DNA of 64,000 nucleotides. It comes from the human T2T-CHM13v2.0 reference genome, Homo sapiens. A program made the position numbers and the translations under genes. Positions within the stretch are counted from its first letter, which is position 1. Each line of letters opens with the position of its first letter. Below the pieces are notes generated by a model that ran no database searches, had not been told where the DNA came from, and worked only from the letters and a program-made list of their open reading frames with translations. This document shows positions 1 to 11,145 of the stretch, piece after piece. The stretch is taken from NCBI RefSeq assembly GCF_009914755.1, contig NC_060928.1; one strand, written 5' to 3'.

Positions 1-992
1 AAGGTTCTCAAATTTTACTAAAATTTCATATTCTATGAATCATGCTCCAAATTTACACTGTGCTCCCAAGTTTGCTATAGAATTGCAATTAATTTACTTG
101 TGGAATCAGCTATACAGATTAAAACATTATGTCTTAAAGTTCTAAGCATAAAATTTAAAAATAATCTTACTTAAAATAATGCCAAGACACAAGAGAAATC
201 AATAAAATTCAATTATTGTGCCTAAGCCACATTATTCAATATTTTAAGCAAAAGTCCTTTATTTGTACTAAAAATGAAGGAATCTCAATTATATAAGATT
301 TCATGGTACCTATATTTCTGAGGAAGAAGATCACGAGATGCTTTTATTTTTGCCTATAGTATAGTTTAAATATGGTTTGTGGGCTTGTAAGTGGTACAAG
401 TACGATAGCTGATTGCTTCTATATCCGGGAGGTGGTGTATTTAAAGTTGGTCTTTCTGTGGAGACAACTGCTGATAAGCAAAGCTGTTTCCTTGGAAACA
501 TCTAAGCACCATCTGATGGCTTGCTGAACATCTAAAATTCACGATTAATCTTTGGTAGCCTGTACCTAGACAAGCTGACTTATGACGAGAGAGATGTAAG
601 CTGGGTTGAGGAGCCTAATCTGAATATTCATTGGACAGAAAATTGCTCACTGTCAGTCTTCTTCTAAGACTATTCTGGCTCATTTTATTATCTTGGAACT
701 CATTCAGTGACTAAAATATTATATTTAAAATTCAATATAGAGCTAAACGTTAATTTAGGATATGGTAAGATGTTATCTGGTTTATTCTTTTTAAAATATG
801 AATTTCTAGAATATCTATTGAGGATCTAGTCTCTCTTAAATGTGGAAGCCAGTTGGAGTCCAATCAGAGTAGACCTTGGGCCTCATTGAAATGGACAACA
901 TTTGCCACAATCACTCATCTAGCCTGAGGAAAAAAAGAACTGAGAAATTTTGGGGGTCACTACAAGAATCATAGCTTACCCTAAAGTAAGTA

Positions 993-1369
993 CAGCAGTC
1001 CTCACTTACCCATGGGAGATGCGTTCCAAAATGCTCAGTAGTTGCCCAAACCACTGATAGTACTGAAATCAATATATATTATATTTTTTGCATATATATC
1101 TGTACCTATGATAAAGATTAATTTATAAATTAGGCATAGAAAGAGATTAATAACAGTAACTATAATAAAACAGAACAGCTATAATATACTATAATAAAAG
1201 TTATGTGAATGTGGTCTCTATCTATCTATCATCTATCTATCTATGTATCTATCTGTCTATCTATCTAAAAATATCTTGTTGCACTGTCCTCACTTATTTT
1301 CAGACCATGGTTGACATCAGGTAACTAAAAGCCATGGAAAGTGAAACTGCAGATAAGGGGGGACTACTA
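993..1369 (-). mobile_element. MER44A (TcMar-Tigger non-autonomous DNA transposon), complete
   Basis: Degenerate TIRs CAGcAGTCCTCACTTA... / ...GATAAGGGGGGACTACTa with TA on each side; body matches the recalled MER44A consensus in reverse. Confidence 0.85.
1217..1266. repeat. (TCTA)n imperfect microsatellite inside MER44A
   Basis: tctatctatctatcatctatctatctatgtatctatctgtctatctatct read directly. Confidence 0.95.
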
Positions 1370-1568
1370 TATTATGAATCAATGTAGTGCTGTTGTAAGT
1401 GAGCAAACAAAAATATATTCCAAAACATGCTTATATGTTCATCTGAGCTTTATAAAACATTGCCCATCTGTGTCACCAACATTGCAAAACATGCGAAGAA
1501 GACAAAATTTAACAACGAGTTGGGCAACAGAGAGATTACAAGGCTGGATGATGACCTCACAGTCTAGC

Positions 1569-1760
1569 CAAATGGTCCTCAGGGTATTGTGCCTAGACCA
1601 AAAGCAGCAGCAGTATTACCTGGCTACTTGTTAGAAATGCAAAATTTCAGGCCCCATTTAAGAACTACTAAATCATAAACTGTGGTGTAGTGCCCAGACA
1701 TTTGTGTTCTAACAAGCGCTCCAGGGACATCTGATACAGTCCCAGTTCTGAGAACCACTA
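1569..1760 (+). mobile_element. MER5A (hAT-Charlie)
   Basis: gcagcagtattacctggctacttgttagaaatgcaaaat...tgtgttctaacaagc...ctgagaaccacta matches the MER5A consensus. Confidence 0.85.
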
Positions 1761-1789
1761 CTTCAGCATATAAATTGTGGGGTGATAAC

Positions 1790-3770
1790 ACTTGAAGATA
1801 GTCTGCACTGGTTGCTTGGATGGCTACCTACAGATTGTTAGACATGAAGGTGCCAGAGTTGTATTGGCAGAATATTGAAGAAGGAGTCAGTGAGTTCAGA
1901 GCAGTGGGCAAACAAGAACGTATTATTATGTAAGACCAGAGAACTTATCAGCTGTATGATCCTGAGGGAGAAGTAAAAAAAAAAAAAAAAAAAAAAAAGT
2001 TGCTTCGCTGAATCAATAAGGAATGCCTTAATGAGGCAAACACTGACATTATTGAGAATCTCAGTAATGTCTGTCCTCTTCAGCCAAGGTGGATGGCAGG
2101 ATATGTTGCCATGAAACGGCACTTCCTACAGTCAATGAGGCAGTGGGGATGATAATACTCTAAAATTCCAGAGGTCAGATATCATTTTTAATCATCAGAG
2201 GAAAGATAGAAATAATTATTACAGCAGGCAGAAACTAGGATGGCAACAAGGGGCTAATAGATCATTTTGTTCCTAAGAGCAAGACGACTTGGGCAGCCCA
2301 CAAGGGCATAGCTTTTCTTACGTGAACAAATTGGTCAAGAGCTGATGAGCAGCTGCTGCACTGGAAAACCATGATCTCTCTCAGACCTACCATACACGAG
2401 ATAGTTTTCAGTTCCAAAACCCATCAACTAAAGGGGAAGCTGGAACCCATTAAATAAAGACTCCGCAATGCTATAGAAAGTATACATGATTAAGATTCTC
2501 AAAATCATTCCCCAAAGCAATCTACAGCCATTTACTATGTTAAAGTTGTCAGAATCAAATGGAGGCACTTGTGTTAAAACAAACAAACAAACAAACAACT
2601 ACACCAACAAAAACTCTGACAAATAGAGATGAGGAAAGGCAGTAAAGAGAGGGTTCTCACGCTTACATGTTTGTATGCCTGATAACAAAACTAACACAAA
2701 AGACTGCAAAACACACAGCTTTGCACAAAGGTCACTGCAACCTCACACACAAAAATTCTTCCGCAAGGACATCTGCCCAGCGACTGCCTGTCTAACCTCA
2801 GACTGGCATCAGCCTTTATTGATCCCTGATCCCTGTAGCCAACAATAATAATTTCAAGACAAGTATATAATCCTCCTCATTTTTCTTTTAAGATCTTTGT
2901 CATCCTTTACTTCCCTGAGCACACACATAATTTACTATGGCACATGTATTCCTATTGCAATATCCTATTCCCAGATAAGTACCTTTTTCTTTTAGAGAGT
3001 TTCTCTCAGTTTATTATATAGTTGATAACTAGATGAACCAAACAGGGGAAAGAAAAACCTTTTTTTTTTTTTTTTGAAGACTGCTGGATACAGGAGCTGA
3101 GTGGTTATTGACATCAACCAAGCTAAAATATCACTATGCCCCATCTGTTAAAAAATTAGCAAATAGAGGCAGAGTATAAATGGAGTCCTAGCTCAGGTCC
3201 ACATCACAGTAGGCCTAATAAACCCAAGGATCTATTTTGTTACCATTTTTCTAGTCCCTGAGTATATCGGAGTGGATACATGTAGCAACTCTCCCAATAG
3301 ATACCTGATCTGTGTAGTAAGATTCATTATGATAGGAATAGCCAAACTTTTGAAACAGTCCTTTTTCCTCTGTGAAGATTATAAATCAGAAGCAATCACA
3401 GATACCAGGTAGGATAGCAGAGAGTAGCACCACCCTCAAAAATTTTAAAGGATGCACAGCATAGCCCCTGCAAAATCCCATGAGATCATAGCGGATAGCT
3501 GGTGATTACCATAAACTTAACCAAATGGTAGCCCTAATTACATCAGCTGTGCCGGATGAGATGTCTGACTATGTCCCAGTTGATCTGGTGAATGCATTAT
3601 TTTCAACACCATCAGGAAGGAGGATGAAAAGTTTGTATCAGCATAGGTCCATGGCAGTTGACATTCTGTTGCCTCAACTGTGTTCCTCCTCTCCATCAAA
3701 TTATGGTCTGAAGGGAACTCCATCATCTCAATCCTAGGCAAAACATCATATTGGTCCAATACAATGGATC
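1790..3770 (+). mobile_element. Decayed ERVL-class internal region (gag 3' half, protease, N-terminal RT), interrupted by a MER65 LTR
   Basis: Translations: VPELYWQNIEEGV (gag); LLDTGAE at 3081-3101 (aspartic protease motif); DYHKLNQMVALITSAVPD and DLVNALFS (RT). Many stops and frameshifts. Confidence 0.8.
2538..3027 (+). mobile_element. ERV1 (MER4-group) solo LTR, MER65-like
   Basis: Starts TGTTAAAGTTGTCAGAATC, ends GTTGATA (CA decayed); perfect 4-bp TSD acta at 2534-2537 and 3028-3031. Confidence 0.75.
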
Positions 3771-3892
3771 AAAGAATCCTTTTGTTGACTGAAAAGTGTA
3801 ATCAAAACATCGTACTTGGGCTCTAATGTCTTGGACAGTAGCAAACTGATTCAGTAGACAGAAAGGGGTGAGGATATCCCAAAGGGACATCT

Positions 3893-4230
3893 GTGATAGA
3901 CTCATGAATATTTGCTGCCCTCCTCTATATAAAGATTCTCACTCTAGTGAAACTAGATGAAACCATTTGAGTTATGATTTTTCCACTGAAAACTTCAAGA
4001 GTCAGTGTGGGCTTCTCTATGCACTTTTCCTTCTGCCACAGTTGACAATGTTCCGGGCATAGGATGATTCATCAGCCTGAGTCCCAGAGTGAAGGTGATA
4101 TGGAACAGTGCCATGGTGGATGTTGTCCTTGATGGCCATTGTTCTTGTAAGCCATAGATATTTTGATGTTGTCTATTGATGTTGTCTTTTGATGTCACTG
4201 CATAACATAACCTCTCCTGGCCAAATCAAC
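3893..4230 (+). mobile_element. Old MaLR LTR (MLT1I/J-like)
   Basis: tcatcagcctgagtcccagagtgaag...ttgtaagccatagatattttg...cactgcataacataacct motifs of old MLT1 LTRs. Confidence 0.55.
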
Positions 4231-5393
4231 ATACCTCTGTAATGAAGTTGATAAACACCAATCCTACCCCACAACAAGAACGAAATGAGATGTTTACAGG
4301 AAACCTTCCCAACAGTAACCATCACATAATATGACTTGCTTTGGTGAAGTTAAGAAGTTCCTTTATGCCAACTAAAGAGATAATCAATGTAAAATAAATT
4401 TATAACATAACATGAAAGTCTGTTGAAATGATAGATGATGTTGCAAGTCATTACAAACAAAAAGGAGAAACACTTCTGGAACCTAGAAAGAGTCAAGTTG
4501 GATGGAGATGTTGTTAGTCCTTCCAAAAACATGACTTGGGAAGAAGTTTCTATATCTAGCTCATAAAGAACATATGCCAATGCTTTAAAAGTTTTTCCAT
4601 ACATTGGAAAACTATAATTCACTGGGCTCCCATAATCCTGGTGAAAACAACCTTGAAAACCATCTTACTCTTTTTCCCCTCATCATATATTTCCAATTAT
4701 ACATTCCAAATCAATGTCAATGCTTTCTGTTGATTAGTAGAGAGAGAATTCATTGATGTGCCAATATGAACATTTTGATCACTTGGCAGTCACATCTCAT
4801 TACTTATTAATGATTAGCATTCTGATCATAATGGAGGCAAAGGCTCTTAAAAATAGTAAAACACTTCACATATTTTGCATCCTCCCACCTGCTGACTGGT
4901 GGGTTCCCAAAGAAATTCGTCCTTGGCTTCTATACTTTCATTATCTCCAGACTTGGCAATCTCATTGCAAATAATTTATCAGATGAGGAAACTTTCAAAT
5001 TTGAGTCTCCAATCCTGACAACCTTTCCATACTCTAGTTCTGGTTGATGTCTCATCAACATTTCAAATGTATATAAGCAAATTCCATATAAGGTAAATAA
5101 AAATCATTTGTTTTCCCAGGCAAAACCAATCCTACCCCTTTGTTATTATTTTCTGCTTTGGCACGAACCAGATAATAATTATCTTCTCCTCTCTCCTCCC
5201 TGCTCCCTCTTATCCAAAATGGTGATTGCTTCTTTCCCCACTTTCTACTGCCTTCTTTAATCCTGCCTATATTTTTACTGCTGAACCCACAGATGTCCTC
5301 GCCAATTTTGTAGTCAATCTCAAAAGTTTAGAAGTGTGTTAAGTCTCCAGCTAACTCTTCTTCTATAATACGTTGGGTCTTAAAATTCATACT

Positions 5394-5684
5394 TTTTTTT
5401 TTGAGACAGTTTCACTGTTGTCACCCAGGCTGGAGTACGATGGTGCGATCTCGGCTCACTGCAACCTCTGCCTTCCGAGGTTCAAGTGATTCTGCTGCCT
5501 CAGCCTCCTGAGTAGCTGGGATTACAGGTGCCTGCCACCATGCCCAGCTAATTTTTGTATTTTTAGTAGAGATGGAGTTTCATCATGTTGGCCAGGCTGG
5601 TCTAGAACTCCTGACCTCAGGTAATCCACCCGCCTCAGCCTCCCAAAATGCTGGGATTATAGGCCTGAGCCACCACGCCCTGCC
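5394..5684 (-). mobile_element. AluS (Sx/Sq-type), full length
   Basis: Dimeric Alu in reverse; perfect 12-bp TSD aaaattcatact at 5382-5393 and 5685-5696. Confidence 0.97.
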
Positions 5685-6364
5685 AAAATTCATACTCTTT
5701 TTACACCCAGGGTCAGTATCCAGGTATAACTGCTAAGTGTTCAGATTTCTTTCTTGCCAACTAGACCTAGGACTCAATTATGCAATGCTGATCCCTGAGT
5801 ATACACGTGACCTACTGGTCAAGTCAAAGCGCTTATCCTCTTTTTAATACTCCTACCTTGTGGAACTGACACCTGTCCTATACCTTAGTCCCAGTGAAAT
5901 GGGTTCTGATAACATTGCTTGGGTCTTCTCAGCTCCTTCCATGGGACTCATTAATTCCCTGTTCCTTTATTGCATATGGATATATCTGCCAGAACCCACC
6001 ATTGCCCTTGTCATATCTAGATTCCACATTATTAGGCTCAGTCCCTATGCTTGGATACTCTAACAATAGCCACAATTTCTAATATCAGTTGTAATACTAT
6101 TGTTTTCCCTAAGGCTACAAGCCTCAAACAGCCAACAGCTCTCTCCAGGACATCTGCATGAGTCTCCCCTCCCTCAGCTTGAGTTCCCTCATGGGAGAGT
6201 ATATTTCTGCCCCAGCCATGTTTCTTCACCTTCTACATTGCCAGAGCCCCATCCACTACTTTTGCTTGAATTTACCCAAGTTCTAACAATCTATTCTATT
6301 CTACATCCATAGTGCTTAATAATGAGGCTTACTCTCTCTTTTGAAAACTACCACAAACTATTCA

Positions 6365-6856
6365 GACTAGACATGCCCAACAGGAATATCATATAAACCA
6401 CATATATAATTCTAAACTTTCCAATAGCCACATTAAAAAAAGTTTCTGAAAAAACCAATTGAAACTAATTTTAATAATATAAATATTTAACCTAATATGT
6501 CTAAAATATTGCAAAATATAATCATATAAATAGTATTAATGAGGTGCTTTACACTTTTAACTATGTATTCTAAATACTTGGTGTGTATTTTTACACCTAC
6601 CACATATCTGACTGCAGATGAATTTCATTGGAAATTCATTGCATTGAGATTTCATAAGATTTATAGTTAAAAAAATAGATTCACATACACATGTTGTTCG
6701 ACTTATATATGAAAAAAATTCTAATAACTGAATTAAGTAGCAGTTTTTAAATTTAAGTTTAACTAAATTTAAAATTCAGTGCCTCAGTTGTTCTAGCCAT
6801 GTTTCAGATGCTCAACAGTCAAATGTGGCAAGTGGCTACCATATTGGACAGCACAC
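6365..6856. mobile_element. hAT-Charlie DNA transposon (Charlie1b/MER33 family)
   Basis: Terminal ...gtggcaagtggctaccatattggacagcac and internal atagccacattaaaaaaagt motifs of Charlie1 derivatives. Confidence 0.75.
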
Positions 6857-6899
6857 GTTCAAACTCATCACCCTCTCAGATAATTGTCAGAGCCTTCTG

Positions 6900-7160
6900 A
6901 TTCATTACTCTCCCTCTCCAAGTCCTTCCTACTTTAATCCTTTTATATATGGCTGGTAAATTAATAATTCTAAGGCAATTTTTTTATTATTTCTGTTCAA
7001 AGATTTTGAAAGCTTCCCAACACCAAAAAATCAATTCCAAGCTTCTTAACTTCTGGCCTTCATAGTCTTCAATGATTTATCTTCAACAGCCTTTCCAAAC
7101 TTATTTTCTTCTACTCTCAGGGCATCTCTAATCAAAATCAACTACTTAATCTTTCTGCTT
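6900..7160 (+). mobile_element. L2 fragment
   Basis: tccaagcttcttaacttctggccttcatagtcttcaatgat-type L2 3' region motifs. Confidence 0.5.
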
Positions 7161-7491
7161 GCATCCAAGATTTCCCTTCCTCATGTCTGCTTATATTTGT
7201 TCTCTTTTATAACTTTCTTATATATTATATAACTTTGTTCTCTTCTACATCTTTCTATTATAACATTTCCTTTTATAATTCTATTACAATAATTTCTTAC
7301 ATATAATTTATACAGACTATTATAACTCCATATAAAGATGACATACACTTACCCCCACCATAACTTCATCTCCCAAAATGTCACTGAGATAATAATATAG
7401 ACTTTTTTTAAAGAAATAAATTCTTAAGTACAGGGAGAACTGGAAAAGAAGAGATGACAGATGAGAAAAGTCAACAAAATTGGAAAGCAGG

Positions 7492-7846
7492 TGTCTTAAT
7501 CCTTTTGGGCTGCTGTAACAAAACTACCATAAAGTGGCTTATAAGCAACAGAAATGTATTCTCACAGTTCTAGAGGCTAGGAAGTCCAAGATTGAGGTGC
7601 CCAAAAATTTGGTGTTTAATGAGGACCTGCTTGCTGGTTCATAGAGGGCCAATCTTCATGCTGTATCCTCATGGTGGAAGGGGAAGGAAGTTATCTGGGG
7701 CTTTTTTTATAAGAGGACTAGTCCTATTCATGAGGGCTCCACTCTTATGACCTAATCACCTCCCGAAGATCCATCTCCTGACATCATCACCCTGGGGATT
7801 ATATGTCAACATATGAATTTGGGACAGAAATATTCAGTTTATAGCA
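7492..7846 (-). mobile_element. MLT1A0-type MaLR solo LTR
   Basis: tgtcttaatcc...ctcacagttctagaggctaggaagtccaagat...catgagggctccactcttatgacctaatcacctccc...tatagca. Confidence 0.85.
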
Positions 7847-8110
7847 AGTGGGAATGGGATGTGAGTGATGACTGATTTTCGAAAGAAAAAAGTATGTGTC
7901 TGCCAAAGGGAGGCCAACTATAACTAAGCCAGTTTGCTCTGCAGAGCCCCAGAAAAGCTTGAAAATTGGAGATACTGGGTACCTCTGAAGACTGGGTAAG
8001 AGGTGGGACTGTAGCCTTGGGGATTAGTTGAAAGTCTGTATAATAAGAATATAAATATCAGATTCCATCCTTTCACCCCTCACCATCCACTTCTCAGGAA
8101 ATTATACCCC

Positions 8111-8472
8111 TGATATGGTTTGGCTGTGTCCCCACCCAAATCTCACCCTGAATTGTAATAACTCCTATGTGTAAAGGGCATAACTGATGTGTAAAGGAGA
8201 TAATTGAATCATGGGGACAGTTTTCCTCATACTGTTCTCATGATAGTGGATAAATCTCATAAGATCTGATGGTTTTATAAATGGGAGTTCCCTCACACAA
8301 GCTCTCTTGCCTGCCACCATGTAAGACATGACTTTCCTCCTCATTCACCTTCCACCATGATTGTGAGGCCTCCACAGCCATGTGGAACTTCTATTTCATT
8401 AAACTTCTTTCCTTTATAAATTACCCAGTCTCAGGTATGTGTTTATTAGCAGTGTGAGAACAGACTAATACA
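8111..8472 (+). mobile_element. THE1 (B/C-type) MaLR solo LTR
   Basis: TGATATGGTTTGGCTGTGTCCCCACCC...CAGACTAATACA; 5-bp TSD acccc/accct. Confidence 0.92.
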
Positions 8473-8512
8473 ACCCTTTCCCTAGTTTAGCAGGACATGA
8501 GCAATTTCTTAC

Positions 8513-9108
8513 TGTTTTATTTTCTATTGATGCCATGACAAAATACCACAAATTTAGCACCCAAAAAAAAAAAACACCTAGTTTTTACCTCACAGTTCTG
8601 TTGGTTATAAATCCAGGTTTGCTCAACTGTTTTCTCTGTTCTGGGTTATATAAAGCTGAACTCAAAGTGTCTACTGGCAAGACTCTTATCAGGAGGCTCT
8701 GGGAAAAACCCACTTCTAAGCTCACTCAAGTTGTAGGACTGAGTTCCCATTTTCTTGCTGACTGTCTCCTGAAAGCTGCCCTTAGTGGTGCCTTCATCTT
8801 CAAGCCAGCAACAGCATCAAGTACTTCTTACACTTCAAATCTCTCTGACTTCCCTTTCACTGCATATCTTCTGTCTCTTCTGCTTTCCTCTTGTGCTCTT
8901 GTTCATTTCTCTTCTGTTCTTAAGGGTTTATATGATTACATTGTGCCCAACAAGATAATCCAGAATAATCTCTTTTTCTCAAAACCAACTGATTAGTATC
9001 TTTAATTCCACCTGCAAAGTCCCCTCACAGGAATACCTAGATTATTGTTCACGGAATAACCAGAGGATGGGAATCTTTGGGGACCATTTCTCCAATTCTG
9101 CCTCCCAT
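8513..9108 (-). mobile_element. MLT1E-type MaLR LTR
   Basis: ataccacaaatttagc...ttcatcttcaagccagcaac...aaccaactgattagtatctttaattccacctgcaaagtccc...ttctgcctcccat. Confidence 0.75.
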
Positions 9109-9648
9109 GGTTATTCTCCACATTGAACCAGAGAGACACAATAACCAAGCACAACAGAGGGCAGGGAGAAGGCATAGACTGAAAACGGGGGGACAGAGAA
9201 AACCTTCTCCTGAATGGTCCCAGCTACCTCTGTTCACTCAGCTCCCAGAACACTGGAAGTCAGGCTTTCATACCCCAAGCAAGTGACTGGAGGATTTCTC
9301 TCTAGTGAAACTAACTGGCACAATAGAAAAAACCTGCAGCTATTTGAAATCTCTCCAGTGAACTCGTCACTCCCCACCCAATCACCCTATAATGAATTTC
9401 ACCAGGCAACAAGCTGTGGCCATGCATCCGGAGTGTCCAAACAGCTTTTTAAGCCTCTCTCTCAAATACGAGCACAAGGAAAATTAAATAAAAAATAAAC
9501 TTTAAAAATACTATGCAGCCTTCAGGACTTAAATGTCTCTTTTCTAATAACAACCTTCCTGGTCCCCTTAGCTGTAAGGAACAGCTTCCTGAATGCCACC
9601 AGCACTTTGTCTGCAAATCTTTTCTCTCACATAATTGCTATGGGTACC

Positions 9649-10080
9649 TGTTATGGTTTGAATATTGGTCCTTTCCAAAACTCATGTTGAAATTTAATCC
9701 AATGTGGCAATATTGGGAAGTAAGGCTTTTAAGAGGTAATTGAGTCATGAGGGCCCTGCTCTCACGAATGAATTAATGCATTCTTGGATTAATGAATTAA
9801 TGGGTTAATGCATTATCATAAAGGTGTTACTGGTAGCCTTATAAGAAGAAGAAGAAATCTGAGCTAGGACATGAGCATGTTCAGCTCCTGTGCTATGCGA
9901 TGCTCTGTACTGCCTCAGAACTCTGCAGAGAGTCCCTACCAGCAAGAAGGCCCTCACCAGAAGTGGTCCCTTGACCTTCGATTTCTTGGCCGTCAGAACA
10001 GCAAAAACTGAATTCTGCTTCTTTATAAATTATCCAGTTTCTGGTATTCTGCTATAAGCAGCATAAAATGATCTAAGAAT
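9649..10080 (+). mobile_element. MSTC/MSTD-type MaLR solo LTR
   Basis: tgttatggtttgaat...aaaactcatgttgaaatttaatcc...ccagcaagaaggccctcaccaga...tttataaattatccagtttctggtattctg. Confidence 0.85.
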
Positions 10081-10171
10081 GCCCTGTCACTCCTTTACTG
10101 AGCTGTAAAGGTCTAAATATCTATTTCATTTGTATTATTCAAAATTTTCTCATCCTGTTATTTGAATAACA

Positions 10172-10468
<297 letters not shown>

Positions 10469-10724
10469 TCAATAGTAACATTTCTTGAACCACAATACTT
10501 TACATTTTCTTATTATGTGCCTTTTATCCTCCATTAGAGCATGAGCTAATTGAATGAAAGCACCACCTTGCTCTTAGCTCATGGCACTTACTAAATATCT
10601 TTAAATGAAGGAGTAATATAAATAACATGTCTTGTACTCTGCTGTTTCTTTGGAGATTCATATTCAATCTCATTTAATTCTTACAACTTCATATATAAGA
10701 AGATCAGTCATCATAATACCAGCT

Positions 10725-10885
10725 AACATTTATTAGCCATTGAGTCACACAAATTTATCATCATCCCATTCTACAGTTAGGAACTTAGGTGCAGAAAAGT
10801 TAAGTAAGCCCACAAAATCACACAGCTAGTAAGAAGTGAATTGAGATTTGAATGCTAGTAGTCTGAAGCCTGAGACCATGCTACT
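10725..10885 (-). mobile_element. MIR
   Basis: cccattctacagttaggaactt...aagttaagtaa...cacacagctagtaagaagtgaattgagatttgaa MIR core in reverse. Confidence 0.75.
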
Positions 10886-11049
10886 GGACTAATATTCTGT
10901 CTTGACTCACTCTTCAAAAAACAAACAAAATAATCCATATTATAGGAAACAGATCAGTTCAAAAATACTCTAACTCAAGATCTTAAGTAACTTATGTCTT
11001 GGTGTTTCTCATAGGTAGATGGTGATTAATAGTGCATCAATGAGGGAAT

Positions 11050-11145
11050 AAAGATGAGACCCATGAAGACAGAGATTTTGTGTGTTGTATTCCTTGCTAT
11101 ATCTCAGCAGCTAGACCAGTGGACTTTACAAATGTTTGTTTAATA
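11050..11145 (+). mobile_element. L2a 3' end
   Basis: ccatgaagacagagattttgtgtgttgtattccttgctatatctcagcagctagaccagtg. Confidence 0.6.

Larger units (their letters stand above)
7330..9480 (+). mobile_element. HAL1 5' region, split by three LTR insertions
   Basis: gactggaggatttctctctagtgaaact...caatcaccctataatgaa...cagctttttaagcctc matches recalled HAL1; pieces at about 7330-7491, 7847-8110, 8473-8512 and 9110-9480. Confidence 0.6.

Noticed and set aside
5300-6330. Possible antisense ERVL gag-like remnant around the Alu
   Set aside because: Only faint peptide echoes on the minus strand; I cannot support a call without an HMM search.
8535-8996. 153-aa ORF
   Set aside because: Entirely within an MLT1E LTR; chance open frame.
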